Part shown: positions 19,824-29,232 of the stretch, piece after piece
How the letters are laid out: each line of letters begins with the position of its first letter
Numbering within the stretch: position 1 is the stretch's first letter
Source of the DNA: Acidimicrobiia bacterium
GTDB lineage: Bacteria > Actinomycetota > Acidimicrobiia > Spongiisociales > UBA11373
NCBI GenBank assembly: GCA_035464675.1
Contig: DATHSA010000066.1
Coordinates: 1,323 to 65,322, forward strand
Direction of reading: 5' to 3'
Length of the DNA stretch: 64,000 bases
Translations under genes and position numbers: made by a program
The notes under the pieces: generated by a model
What the model saw: only the letters and a program-made list of their open reading frames with translations
Database searches by the model: none
What the model was told of the DNA's origin: nothing

Positions 19824-20564
19824 TCAGCCCGCCACCGCCGCCAGCACCTCGTCGCTGATGTCGAAGTTGGCGAAGACCGACTGCACGTCGTCGAGGTCCT
19901 CGAGCGCGTCGACCAGGCGGAGGACGGCCCGGGCGGTCTCCTCGCCGAGGGGGACGGTCGACGAAGGGATCTGGGTCACCTCGGACGACTCGATGGCGAT
20001 CCCTGCCTCGCGCAGCGCGTCGCGGACGGGCTGGAAGTCCGATGGCTCCGTGATCACCTCGAACTGCGTCCCGGACGGCCGGATGTCCTCGGCACCGGCC
20101 TCGAGGGCGGTGAGCATCACCTCGTCCTCGGAACCCGAAGCGAGGATGTACCCCTTCTGGGCGAACAGATATCCCACCGAGCCCGGCTCACCGAGGTTCC
20201 CCCCGTTGCGGGTGAGTGTTGCCCTGACGTCGGAGGCGGCCCGGTTGCGGTTGTCCGTCAGCACCTGGACGAACAGGGCGACCCCGCCCGGGGCATACCC
20301 CTCGTACCAGATCTCGTCGTAGTGGGCCCCCTCGATGTCGCCGGTGCCGCGTTTGACCGCTCGCTCGATGTTGTCGTTGGGCATCGAGTTGCTCTTGGCC
20401 TTGTCGATCGCCTGAGAGAGCGAGGCGTTGGCGGCCGGGTCGCCTCCTCCCTCGCGGGCAGCCACCTCGATCGCACGCGCCAGTTTGGCGAAGAGCTTGC
20501 CACGCTGGGCATCGCGCGCACCCTTCTTGTGCTTGATCGTGGACCACTTCGAATGACCCGACAT
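19824..20564 (-). CDS. yebC: YebC/PmpR family DNA-binding transcriptional regulator
   Basis: [25 protein letters not shown]... ATG at 20564 overlaps the pdxT TGA by 1 nt. Confidence 0.92.
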   Translation of the reverse strand: MSGHSKWSTIKHKKGARDAQRGKLFAKLARAIEVAAREGGGDPAANASLSQAIDKAKSNSMPNDNIERAVKRGTGDIEGAHYDEIWYEGYAPGGVALFVQVLTDNRNRAASDVRATLTRNGGNLGEPGSVGYLFAQKGYILASGSEDEVMLTALEAGAEDIRPSGTQFEVITEPSDFQPVRDALREAGIAIESSEVTQIPSSTVPLGEETARAVLRLVDALEDLDDVQSVFANFDISDEVLAAVAG

Positions 20565-21136
20565 CAGGACTCCTCGACCATCTCGAGCAACATGCGGTGC
20601 AGCCGCGTATCGCCCGCCAACTCGGGATGGAACGACGCCGCAATGACATTTCCTTCCCGGACCATCACCGGGTGGCCGTCGAGTTCGGCGAGGATCTCGA
20701 CGCCCTCCCCCACCTTCTCGATCCATGGTGCACGGATGAACACGCCGTTCACCGGGGCGTCGAGACCCGCCACGTCGACCTCGCGCTCGCCGGAGTCCGC
20801 CTGACGCCCGAACGCGTTGCGCCTGACCACCACGTCGAGGACGCCGAGTTGGACCTGGGACCGCGATTCGGTGGTCGCCCCGGCGAGAAAGATCATGCCG
20901 GCGCAGGTGCCGAGGGTGGGCATGCCGTCGGAGATCGCCTTTCGCAGGGGCTCGACCAGCCCGTAGCGGTCGGCGAGCTTCCCGATGGTCGTCGACTCGC
21001 CACCCGGGATCACCAGCGCGTCGATCTCCTCGAGATCGGGTGCCGACCGGACGCGTACGACTTCGGCGCCGAGTTCCTCGAGAATCGTCGCGTGCTCGCG
21101 GACATCCCCCTGAAGAGCGAGTACCCCGGCGCGCAC
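20564..21136 (-). CDS. pdxT: Pyridoxal 5'-phosphate synthase glutaminase subunit PdxT
   Basis: [11 protein letters not shown], catalytic [14 protein letters not shown]. Confidence 0.93.
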   Translation of the reverse strand: MRAGVLALQGDVREHATILEELGAEVVRVRSAPDLEEIDALVIPGGESTTIGKLADRYGLVEPLRKAISDGMPTLGTCAGMIFLAGATTESRSQVQLGVLDVVVRRNAFGRQADSGEREVDVAGLDAPVNGVFIRAPWIEKVGEGVEILAELDGHPVMVREGNVIAASFHPELAGDTRLHRMLLEMVEES

Positions 21137-21139
21137 CCT

Positions 21140-22021
21140 CTACCAGCCCCGGTTCTGGAGCCGATCCTCGTCGGCGAGCCGGTCGATCTCGATGCCGGCC
21201 ATCGGCTCTCCGAGGCCGCGCGACACCTTGGCGACGATCTGGGGATCGTCGAAGTAGGTCGTCGCCTCGACGATCGCCTTGGCGCGGACGGCCGGATCCG
21301 AGCTCTTGAAGATGCCCGACCCCACGAACACGCCGTCACACCCGAGCTGCATCATCAGGGCGGCGTCGGCAGGGGTGGCGAGGCCGCCGGCAGCGAAGTT
21401 GACCACGGGGAGCCGACCGGTCTCGGCAACCTCCTGGACGAGGTCGAATGGGGCGCCGAGGTCCCGGGCCGCGCTCATGAGTTGCTCGCTGTCCAGGGTC
21501 TGGAGGCGGCGCATCCCATCCTTCACGCTGCGCATGTGGCGGACCGCTTCGACGACGTTGCCGGTGCCCGCCTCGCCCTTGGTGCGGATCATCGCGGCAC
21601 CCTCGCCGATCCGGCGCAGCGCCTCGCCCAGGTCGCGGCACCCGCACACGAACGGCACGGTGAACTTCCACTTGTCGATGTGATGGGCCTCGTCGGCGGG
21701 GGTGAGCACCTCGGACTCGTCGATGAAGTCGACCCCCAGAGCCTCGATGACCTGAGCCTCCACGTAGTGGCCGATGCGCACCTTGGCCATGACCGGGATC
21801 GACACGGCGGCCATGATCTCTTCGATCTTGGTGGGATCCGCCATCCGGGCGACGCCGCCCTCTCGCCGGATGTCGGCGGGGACCCGCTCCAGGGCCATCA
21901 CCGCGACCGCGCCCGCCTCCTCGGCGATCTTCGCCTGCTCGGCGTCGGTGACATCCATGATGACCCCGCCCTTGAGCATGTCGGCGAGGCCTCGTTTGAC
22001 GCGATCGGTGCCTTTTTCCAT
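21140..22021 (-). CDS. pdxS: Pyridoxal 5'-phosphate synthase lyase subunit PdxS
   Basis: [33 protein letters not shown], highly conserved throughout. Confidence 0.96.
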   Translation of the reverse strand: MEKGTDRVKRGLADMLKGGVIMDVTDAEQAKIAEEAGAVAVMALERVPADIRREGGVARMADPTKIEEIMAAVSIPVMAKVRIGHYVEAQVIEALGVDFIDESEVLTPADEAHHIDKWKFTVPFVCGCRDLGEALRRIGEGAAMIRTKGEAGTGNVVEAVRHMRSVKDGMRRLQTLDSEQLMSAARDLGAPFDLVQEVAETGRLPVVNFAAGGLATPADAALMMQLGCDGVFVGSGIFKSSDPAVRAKAIVEATTYFDDPQIVAKVSRGLGEPMAGIEIDRLADEDRLQNRGW

Positions 22022-22083
22022 TGGGGTTCTCCCTCTTCGGTCCCAATTCTACCGGTCACTCGCCCGGGTGCCGATCCGGGGAT

Positions 22084-23115
22084 TCAGGCGTCGAGGGCGT
22101 CCCTGTAGGTGGCCAGGTATGCCGGCAACACGACGTCCCGGCCGAACAGGGTGGCGCGGCGGGAGCCTTGCTCGCCCATCCGTTGGAGGAGCGCCTCGTC
22201 CCCGAGGAGACGGCCGATCTCATCGGCGAGCCGGACCGGATCGCCCGGCGGGACGTAGACCGCAGCGTCGCCCGCGACGGCACGAAAGGCGGGGATGTCA
22301 CTGGCGACCACTGCGCACCCGGATGCCAGCCCCTCGGCGACGACGATGCCGAAACTCTCGCCACCCAGGTTGGGAGCGGCGAGGACCGCGGCCGCCGCGA
22401 GCTCGTCCCGCTTGGCGGCATCGTCGAGCCTGCCCAGGAACTCCACGCCCTCGGGTCCCGTGGCGCGCTCGGCTCCCACCACCCGCAGCACCGCATTCGG
22501 GGATCGGTGCCGGATCAGGGGCCACGCCTGAAGCAGGACGTCGAGGCCCTTCCTGGGGTCGTCACGGCCGAGAAACATCACCCGAAGAGGTTCGGGATCG
22601 GAGCGGTAGTCCTCGATGTCGAGCCCGTTGGGGATCACCCGGATCCCGGGCAGCCGGTCCACGGCGGATGCTGCGACCTGGCTCACGGCGGTCACCACGT
22701 CGAGCCGCCGCGCCGCCAGGTCCAGGAGCGGGGCCGCAGCCTTGTATGCGGTGCGCACGGCACCGCTGGGGTCGGCGTGGAACGTCCCCACTCTGGGGGG
22801 CGTCGACGCGATGAGGGCCCCGAGCGAGACCATGGGAACGAACGGCTCGTGAACGTGCACGACGTCGGCGTCGGCGACGGCCTCACCGACCCGCCGGATC
22901 GCCCGGGGATCCACCGAGACCGCGGCCCTCGACCGATTGACCGACAAGGTGCGGAACGAGCCGACCGAACGGGTCCCGGGCGGGCCTCCCTCGCCTGGCG
23001 CCACAGCCCACGCCTGATGTCCCGCCTCGTCGAGCCACCGCACCAGCCGCGCCACCTGGTCCTGAACGCCGCCAGGAGCATCGAATGCGTAGGGGCAGAC
23101 GATGGCGACCTTCAT
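22084..23115 (-). CDS. pimA: GT4 glycosyltransferase, PimA-like phosphatidylinositol mannosyltransferase
   Basis: MKVAIVCPYAFDAPGGVQDQV, GESFGIVVAEGLASGCAVVASD (EX7E). Sits after the pgsA and acyltransferase genes. ATGA overlap with the upstream gene. Confidence 0.8.
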   Translation of the reverse strand: MKVAIVCPYAFDAPGGVQDQVARLVRWLDEAGHQAWAVAPGEGGPPGTRSVGSFRTLSVNRSRAAVSVDPRAIRRVGEAVADADVVHVHEPFVPMVSLGALIASTPPRVGTFHADPSGAVRTAYKAAAPLLDLAARRLDVVTAVSQVAASAVDRLPGIRVIPNGLDIEDYRSDPEPLRVMFLGRDDPRKGLDVLLQAWPLIRHRSPNAVLRVVGAERATGPEGVEFLGRLDDAAKRDELAAAAVLAAPNLGGESFGIVVAEGLASGCAVVASDIPAFRAVAGDAAVYVPPGDPVRLADEIGRLLGDEALLQRMGEQGSRRATLFGRDVVLPAYLATYRDALDA

Positions 23116-23990
23116 GAACGATCGCTCGGCCAGTTGGGGACGATCAGGTGCCACTGCGCCGGCGCCGTGCGGATGATGTCCTCCACCACCCGGGCGAGAA
23201 GGGTCACGCCGGCTTCGATCCGCGCCGCCTGGTCGTCGAGGGCCGGTATCTCGAGAGGCGGGCGCACCTCGAAGGCATGCCCGGCGCCGTCGGCGAAGAA
23301 GGTGCCGACCGGGAGCACGACGGCTCCGGTGCGATCGGCCAGGGCCACCGGCCCGGCGGGAAGGGTGGTGATCTCACCGAAGAACTCGACAGCGACACCG
23401 GTTCCCTTGATGTCCCGGTCACAGAGAAGGGCGATCACACCACCGTCCTCGAGTCGCCTCATGAGATCGCGGGTCACCCGCGCCCCCTTGCGGGCGATCA
23501 CGACGTCGATCTGCATCATGCGGCGCATCTCGGTGAACCACTCGACGATCCGCTCGTTTCCCAGCGCCTCGGCGACCGCCAGCACCCGGGCGTCCTCCTC
23601 GGCGGCACGCAGCCCCGCCATCTCCCAGTTCCCCACATGGGGCAACGCGAGCACCACGCCCCGTCCGCTCGCCACAGCACCGTGCAGGTGCTCGATTCCG
23701 GCGATGCTCGTCCGGGCAAGCACCGAGTCGCGTCGGCGGGGGCGCATCCAGAACGTCTCCGCCCAATAGCGGCCGTAGTGGCGGAACACCTGGCGAGCCG
23801 ACCGCCTGGGGTCGCCTCCGGGACCGAGCACCCGTGCCTGGTGGCGCATGGCCATGCGGAATCGATCTCGTGCGATGAAGGAAGCGAGCCAGCCGGCCCC
23901 ATGTCCGAGTCGTCGCATGACGGGCTCGGGAAGCAGGCCGAACAGGCCCGACAGGATGCGATATGCGTAGTAGCCGAGAGCCCGCTTCAC
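23112..23990 (-). CDS. Lipid A biosynthesis-type (LPLAT) acyltransferase, PIM acyltransferase-like
   Basis: LALPHVGNWEMAG motif. GTG at 23990 overlaps the pgsA TGA. The 710-aa ORF-track version is an artefactual upstream extension. Confidence 0.8.
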   Translation of the reverse strand: MKRALGYYAYRILSGLFGLLPEPVMRRLGHGAGWLASFIARDRFRMAMRHQARVLGPGGDPRRSARQVFRHYGRYWAETFWMRPRRRDSVLARTSIAGIEHLHGAVASGRGVVLALPHVGNWEMAGLRAAEEDARVLAVAEALGNERIVEWFTEMRRMMQIDVVIARKGARVTRDLMRRLEDGGVIALLCDRDIKGTGVAVEFFGEITTLPAGPVALADRTGAVVLPVGTFFADGAGHAFEVRPPLEIPALDDQAARIEAGVTLLARVVEDIIRTAPAQWHLIVPNWPSDRS

Positions 23991-24580
23991 TCGTCCAGCT
24001 GTGCCCAGGTGCGGTAGAAGCGTTGCATGACCGTCACCCACGAGAGCACCGCCATGATCCAGATGGTGGCGACCAGCGTGGGCAGCCCCAGCCCTTCGAG
24101 GCCGACGCCGACGCCGAACACGAGCAGCCGCTCGGCACGTCCCAGGATCCCTCCCTTGCCCTCCAGACCCTCCCCCTCCGCCTTCGCCCTCATGTACGGG
24201 ATGAGAAGAGCCCCGCACACGGCGAGGAGGGAGAGCAGGACGAGGGTCCCCTCCGCCCGCTGCCCCAGGTAGAAGGCCAGGCCGGTCCACGCGGCGACCT
24301 CGCCAAGCCGGTCGGTGAAGGAGTCGAGCAGGGCCCCGCGGCGGGTCTCCTGACCGGTGAGTCGAGCCAGGACCCCGTCGAGGATGTCGAGAGCCGCGCC
24401 GAAGCCGAGCACCAGAGCGCCGACGCCCAGGTAGCCCATTCCGATGAGAACGGCGCCCCCCACCGAGATGGTGAAACCCGTGAAGGTGATCATCGTGGGG
24501 GTGAGCCCCAGGCGGGCCAGGAACCGGGCGAACGGATCGGCGACCCGGGACACCCGCTTGCGCGCCCTCATGTCGAGCAT
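23987..24580 (-). CDS. pgsA: CDP-alcohol phosphatidyltransferase (phosphatidylinositol phosphate synthase-like)
   Basis: D-x2-DG-x2-AR-x8-G-x3-D-x3-D motif in LDILDGVLARLTGQETRRGALLDSFTDRLGE, with multiple TM segments. ATG at 24580. Confidence 0.85.
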   Translation of the reverse strand: MLDMRARKRVSRVADPFARFLARLGLTPTMITFTGFTISVGGAVLIGMGYLGVGALVLGFGAALDILDGVLARLTGQETRRGALLDSFTDRLGEVAAWTGLAFYLGQRAEGTLVLLSLLAVCGALLIPYMRAKAEGEGLEGKGGILGRAERLLVFGVGVGLEGLGLPTLVATIWIMAVLSWVTVMQRFYRTWAQLDE

Positions 24581-24726
24581 TGGGCGAAGGTAGCAGGGAG
24601 CCGGATGCGACCAGCAGTCGAGTCGAGGGTCGGTCACGAAAGGGCCATCCGCCCCGAGAGTGCGCTCCCCGCGGCTTAGTACACTCCGGCACCAATTCGC
24701 ACATCCCCGACGACGCGGGAGGCTCG

Positions 24727-26766
24727 ATGCCATCGGAGAAGATCCGCAACGTGGTCCTGGTCGGCCACAGCGGCAGCGGGAAGACGATGCTCGCCGAAGC
24801 GTTGCTCTTCACCGCCGGCGCCACCACCCGGATGGGGAGGATCGAAGACGGGAACACCGTGTCCGACTTCGACACCGAAGAAGGCGCCAGAGGGTCGTCG
24901 GTCGGCCTCGCGATGGCCCCATTCGACTGGAACGGCCATCGCATCAATCTCATCGACACCCCGGGGCTCTCCGACTTCGTCGGCGAGGCGCTCGCAGCAC
25001 TTCGCGCCGCCGATCTCGCCGTCTTCGTGGTCTCAGGGGTCGACGGCGTCGAGGTCCAGACCGAGGCGCTGTGGAAGCTCGCCGGCGACGAGGGCATCGC
25101 CAGGGCGATCTTCGTGAACAAACTGGACCGCGAGCGCGCCTCGTTCTCCCGGGTCCAGGCCCAATTGAAGGACGTCTTCGGTACGGGGGTCGCGCCACTC
25201 CAGGTTCCCATCGGCAGCGAGCACGACCTGCGCGGCGTCGCCAACCTCGTCGGGGGTCAGGCGTTCACCTACTCGGGCAACCCCACGGCCGCCGAGGGAG
25301 AGCTCCCGGAGGATCTGGCCGATGAGGTCGCGTCGCTCCACACGGCGCTCGTCGAGGCGGTGGTCGAGACGGACGACGAGATGCTCGAGAAGTACTTCGA
25401 GGGCGTCGAACCATCGGGCGAGCAGCTCATCTCCGGGATGCACCGCGGCATGGTCGAGGGGACCACCTTTCCCGTCCTCTGCGGCTCGGCCACCGCGCTC
25501 ATCGGCATCGACCGGCTCGCCCAGTTCATCGTCGACTACGGGCCGCGCCCCTCCGAGCGGCCGGTTCCGCCGCTGCAGGAGGGCGACTCGCTGCCCGATT
25601 CCGGAGTCGTCGCGTATGTGTTCAAGACGATGTCGGACCCCTACGTGGGGCGAATCTCGATGTTCAGGGTCTTCCGTGGCGAGATCGACCTCGACGCCGA
25701 TCTGCAGAACCCCACCCGGGGAGTCTCCGGACGAATGCACAACATCTTCACGATGCGGGGCAAAGAGCACGAGGAGACCAAGCGGGTCGAGGAGGGCGAC
25801 ATCGCCGCCGTCGCCAAGCTCGAATCCACACTCGCGGGAGACACTCTTCGCTCACCCGGTGTGAAGGTCGTCATCGCGCCTGTCGAGATGCCGCGCCCCA
25901 CGATGTCGCTCGCGGTCTTCCCCCGGTCGCAGCACGACGAGGAGAAGCTCTCCACGGCTCTGCAACGGGCGATCGAGGACGACCCGACCTTGAAGGTCGA
26001 ACGGAGCGCCGACACCAACGAGACGGTCCTGTCCGGCCTCGGTGACGCCCACCTCGAGGTTGCCATCGCCCGACTTCATTCTCGATTCGGAGTCGAGATC
26101 GACACCCAGCTCCCCAAGGTCCCCTACCGGGAGACCATCCGCGGCACCGCCGATGTCGAGGGCAAGCACAAGAAGCAATCGGGCGGTCGCGGCCAGTTCG
26201 GCGTCGCCAATCTGCGCTTCGAGCCGCTTCACGCCGGCGAGACATTCGAATTCGCCAATGAGATCAAGGGCGGATCCATCCCCAGGCAATACGTCCCGGC
26301 CGTCGAGAAGGGAGTCGTGGAGGCCCTCGAGAGGGGCATCCTCGCCGGATACCCGGTCGTCGGGGTCAAGGCGACCGTCTACGACGGCAAGTACCACCCC
26401 GTCGACTCGGACGAATTGTCGTTTCGAATGGCCGGTATCCTGGCCGTGCGTGAGGCGGCGCCCAAGCTGAATGCGACGCTGCTCGAGCCGATCATGCGGG
26501 CGACCATCCGGGTGCCCGAAGATCTCATGGGAGATGTGATCGGCGACTTGAACTCCAAGCGTGGCCGAGTGCTCGGAATGGACTCCGATGGTGGGACCCG
26601 GGTGCTGACGGCAGAGGTGCCGCTCGCCGAGATGCAGCGGTACTCGATCGACCTCCGCTCGATCACAAGCGGGCGGGGATCATTCGAGATGGAGTTCTCC
26701 CGCTACGAGGAGGCCCCGCCGAACGAGGCCCAGCGGGTGATCGCGGCCGCCCAGGAAGAAGACTGA
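24727..26766 (+). CDS. Elongation factor G paralog (EF-G2-like GTPase)
   Basis: G1 GHSGSGKT, DTPG, NKLD, EF-G domains II-V. ATG at 24727, in frame with the longer ORF. Confidence 0.88.
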   Translation: MPSEKIRNVVLVGHSGSGKTMLAEALLFTAGATTRMGRIEDGNTVSDFDTEEGARGSSVGLAMAPFDWNGHRINLIDTPGLSDFVGEALAALRAADLAVFVVSGVDGVEVQTEALWKLAGDEGIARAIFVNKLDRERASFSRVQAQLKDVFGTGVAPLQVPIGSEHDLRGVANLVGGQAFTYSGNPTAAEGELPEDLADEVASLHTALVEAVVETDDEMLEKYFEGVEPSGEQLISGMHRGMVEGTTFPVLCGSATALIGIDRLAQFIVDYGPRPSERPVPPLQEGDSLPDSGVVAYVFKTMSDPYVGRISMFRVFRGEIDLDADLQNPTRGVSGRMHNIFTMRGKEHEETKRVEEGDIAAVAKLESTLAGDTLRSPGVKVVIAPVEMPRPTMSLAVFPRSQHDEEKLSTALQRAIEDDPTLKVERSADTNETVLSGLGDAHLEVAIARLHSRFGVEIDTQLPKVPYRETIRGTADVEGKHKKQSGGRGQFGVANLRFEPLHAGETFEFANEIKGGSIPRQYVPAVEKGVVEALERGILAGYPVVGVKATVYDGKYHPVDSDELSFRMAGILAVREAAPKLNATLLEPIMRATIRVPEDLMGDVIGDLNSKRGRVLGMDSDGGTRVLTAEVPLAEMQRYSIDLRSITSGRGSFEMEFSRYEEAPPNEAQRVIAAAQEED

Positions 26767-26780
26767 GAGAAGAGGAATCA

Positions 26781-28055
26781 ATGGGTGAGAACGTCGTCCT
26801 CAAGTACGACGGGGGTGAAATCGAGTTCCCGATGGTGGAGGGAACCGAGGGCGGACACGGGTTCGACATCTCGAGCCTTCGCGCCGAGACAGGGCTCGTC
26901 ACTCTCGACTACGGGTTCGCCAACACCGCCGGCACTCTGAGCGCGGTGTCGTTCGTCGACGGGGTCGCCGGCGAGCTGCGCTACCGCGGCTATTCGATCG
27001 AGGACCTCGCCGAAGACTCCACGTTCCTCGAGGTCGCCTACCTCCTGTTCTACGGCGAGCTCCCCACCAAGCCGGCACTCGAGGACTACATCCACGACGT
27101 CACCCGCCACACGCTTCTCAACGAGGAGATGAAGCGGCTCTTCGACGCGTTCCCCAAGAGCGCCCACCCGATGGCGATCCTCGCCTCGGCGACCAACGCC
27201 ATGGCGACCTTCTACCCGGACTTTCACAACCCGACCGATCCCTACGCGGTGGAGCAGTCGGCGCTGCGGCTGATCGCCAAGATGCCGACGGTCGCCGCGT
27301 ACGCCTACAAGAAATCGATGGGGCAGCCCTACATCTACCCCCGCAACGATCTCGACTATGTGTCCAACTTCCTCCACATGATGTTCGCCCTCCCGGTCGA
27401 GGAGTACGAGATCGACCCGGTGGTCGCCAAGGCGCTGGATGTGCTCCTGATCCTGCACGCCGACCACGGGCAGAACTGCTCGACCTCGACGGTCCGCCTC
27501 GCCGGTTCGAGCCAGGCGAACCTGTTCACATCGGTGGCGGCCGGGATGAGCGCGCTGTGGGGCCCCCTCCACGGCGGCGCCAACCAGCGCGTGGTGGAAA
27601 TGCTCGCTCAGATCAACGAGGACGGGCGCGACTTCGAGAAGTACATCGACAAGGCGAAGGACTCCGACGACCCGTTCCGGCTCTGGGGGTTCGGCCACCG
27701 GGTCTACAAGAACTACGACCCGCGAGCGCGGATCCTCAAGGGTTTCGCCTACGAGGTGATCGAACGAATCGGAGCCGACGATCCACTGCTCGACATCGCC
27801 CTCAAACTGGAGGAGGCCGCTCTCGCCGACGACTACTTCGTCGAGCGCCGCCTCTATCCCAATGTCGACTTCTACTCGGGGTTGATGTTCCGGGCACTCG
27901 GGTTCCCCGTGCGGATGTTCACCGTCCTCTTCGCGATCGGCCGTCTCCCTGGCTGGGTGGCACAGTGGCGCGAGATGACCGAGGACCCCGAGACCCGCAT
28001 CGGGAGGCCCCGCCAGATCTTCTCGGGCCACACCAAGCGGCCGATGGAGCGGTGA
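26781..28055 (+). CDS. gltA: Citrate synthase
   Basis: HADHGQNCSTSTV, GFGHRVYKNYDPRA, LYPNVDFYSG. SD-like agaggaa 6 nt upstream. Confidence 0.95.
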   Translation: MGENVVLKYDGGEIEFPMVEGTEGGHGFDISSLRAETGLVTLDYGFANTAGTLSAVSFVDGVAGELRYRGYSIEDLAEDSTFLEVAYLLFYGELPTKPALEDYIHDVTRHTLLNEEMKRLFDAFPKSAHPMAILASATNAMATFYPDFHNPTDPYAVEQSALRLIAKMPTVAAYAYKKSMGQPYIYPRNDLDYVSNFLHMMFALPVEEYEIDPVVAKALDVLLILHADHGQNCSTSTVRLAGSSQANLFTSVAAGMSALWGPLHGGANQRVVEMLAQINEDGRDFEKYIDKAKDSDDPFRLWGFGHRVYKNYDPRARILKGFAYEVIERIGADDPLLDIALKLEEAALADDYFVERRLYPNVDFYSGLMFRALGFPVRMFTVLFAIGRLPGWVAQWREMTEDPETRIGRPRQIFSGHTKRPMER

Positions 28056-28092
28056 CAGCCGCCGGCAAGCGCCACGGGTAGCCTCCCTCTCC

Positions 28093-28689
28093 ATGTCCGA
28101 TCTGACCGCGCGTGACACCGAGCAGGATGGCGAGCCTCTCGTCGAGTTGACCGAGGAGGGGCGGCTGGTCGGATACGTATACGAGGACGAGGGGACCCTG
28201 TACGCGGAGTTCGTCCCCGACGAGGCGGGCGAGCCGTGGGCGTTCGAGGTCGACGACCTCCAGCGCATCCTCGACGCCGCACGGGCGATTCTCACCCCCG
28301 AGGAGCCAGAACCGGTGACCGCCGTCTCCGGGGATGTTCACCCGGTCGACGCGCTGGCGAACGAGTTCGACGCACAGGCCGTCAGGAGGGGTGAAGAGGA
28401 TGAGGGCTTCTATCCGATGGACGTCGTCGGACGGATGTTCGCCCGGGCCGCCGAATTGGACCTCGCCATCGTGAGTCTCGAGGGCTTCGAGGTCTTTCCC
28501 GAGTTCCTCGAGCCGGTCCCGGGCCTCTCGGTCGACATGGGCGATGCACACGACGGAGAGCCGTGGCCCACCTTCAAGGCCGGTTGCCACGTCCAGGGGA
28601 TGGCCGTCCTCGAGAAGTGGGCATCCCGGGAAGGCATCGCGGTGGCGCTGGAGGTGTGTGATCGGGACGGTGACCGGTTCGTTCTCTAG
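28093..28689 (+). CDS. Hypothetical acidic protein (198 aa)
   Basis: GC3-biased ORF following gltA on the same strand. Very acidic (many D/E). No family recognised by eye. Confidence 0.55.
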   Translation: MSDLTARDTEQDGEPLVELTEEGRLVGYVYEDEGTLYAEFVPDEAGEPWAFEVDDLQRILDAARAILTPEEPEPVTAVSGDVHPVDALANEFDAQAVRRGEEDEGFYPMDVVGRMFARAAELDLAIVSLEGFEVFPEFLEPVPGLSVDMGDAHDGEPWPTFKAGCHVQGMAVLEKWASREGIAVALEVCDRDGDRFVL

Positions 28690-28734
28690 GAGGCACGCGG
28701 CGAGCGGCTCGCGATCACCTCTTCTTGCGATCTG

Positions 28735-29232
28735 CTACGTGCGGCGTGGAGAAGGGATCTGCTCCACGTACGTTCCCACGACCTTTCCGTCCACCGCGTC
28801 CACCCGGATCAGCCCCCGCTGCGAAGGGGGTTCGTCTGCGCTGAAGACCAGGACATTCCAGATCGGGCGAGCCCGCCAGCCGTCGAATCCCACGGCGGCC
28901 GACGCGTGTCCCACGGCGAGCGGGACCTCGCGGTTCGCGATCTCCAGCGCCTGAGGGTCGAGAACCTCTATCCGCCAGGCTGCCGCCCGATGCCAGAGCG
29001 CCAGCAGGGCCAGCAGGCCGGCGACGAACGCCAGCCCGGTGTAGGCGAAGACGGCGCCTGTACCCGCCACCACTGCACCGACCGCGTAGATGGCCGCAGC
29101 GACATTGCGCCGACGGGTGGACGGGATCGAGTACGGCTCCCGCTGGGTGGCATCGAGGTCGTCAGGCACGCCTTCGGATCGGGCGACCTCTTCGGGAATC
29201 TCGATCCCCTGACGACGGCCCCCGTCCGTCAC
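28735..29232 (-). CDS. Small membrane protein translationally coupled to the MMPL gene
   Basis: GTG at 29232 overlaps the MMPL TGA (GTGA). Two predicted TM helices (AAAIYAVGAVVAGTGAVFAY / GLAFVAGLLALLALW) and an ~80-aa soluble tail. Confidence 0.6.
   Translation of the reverse strand: MTDGGRRQGIEIPEEVARSEGVPDDLDATQREPYSIPSTRRRNVAAAIYAVGAVVAGTGAVFAYTGLAFVAGLLALLALWHRAAAWRIEVLDPQALEIANREVPLAVGHASAAVGFDGWRARPIWNVLVFSADEPPSQRGLIRVDAVDGKVVGTYVEQIPSPRRT

Noticed and set aside
23991-25244. N-terminal ~420 aa of the 710-aa ORF 23112..25244
   Set aside because: Only the last 292 aa match the acyltransferase family. The upstream part overlaps pgsA out of frame and the EF-G paralog antisense. A GTG at 23990 gives the usual GTGA coupling.
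26778-28295. 505-aa minus-strand ORF
   Set aside because: Antisense to citrate synthase, which is unambiguous on the plus strand.
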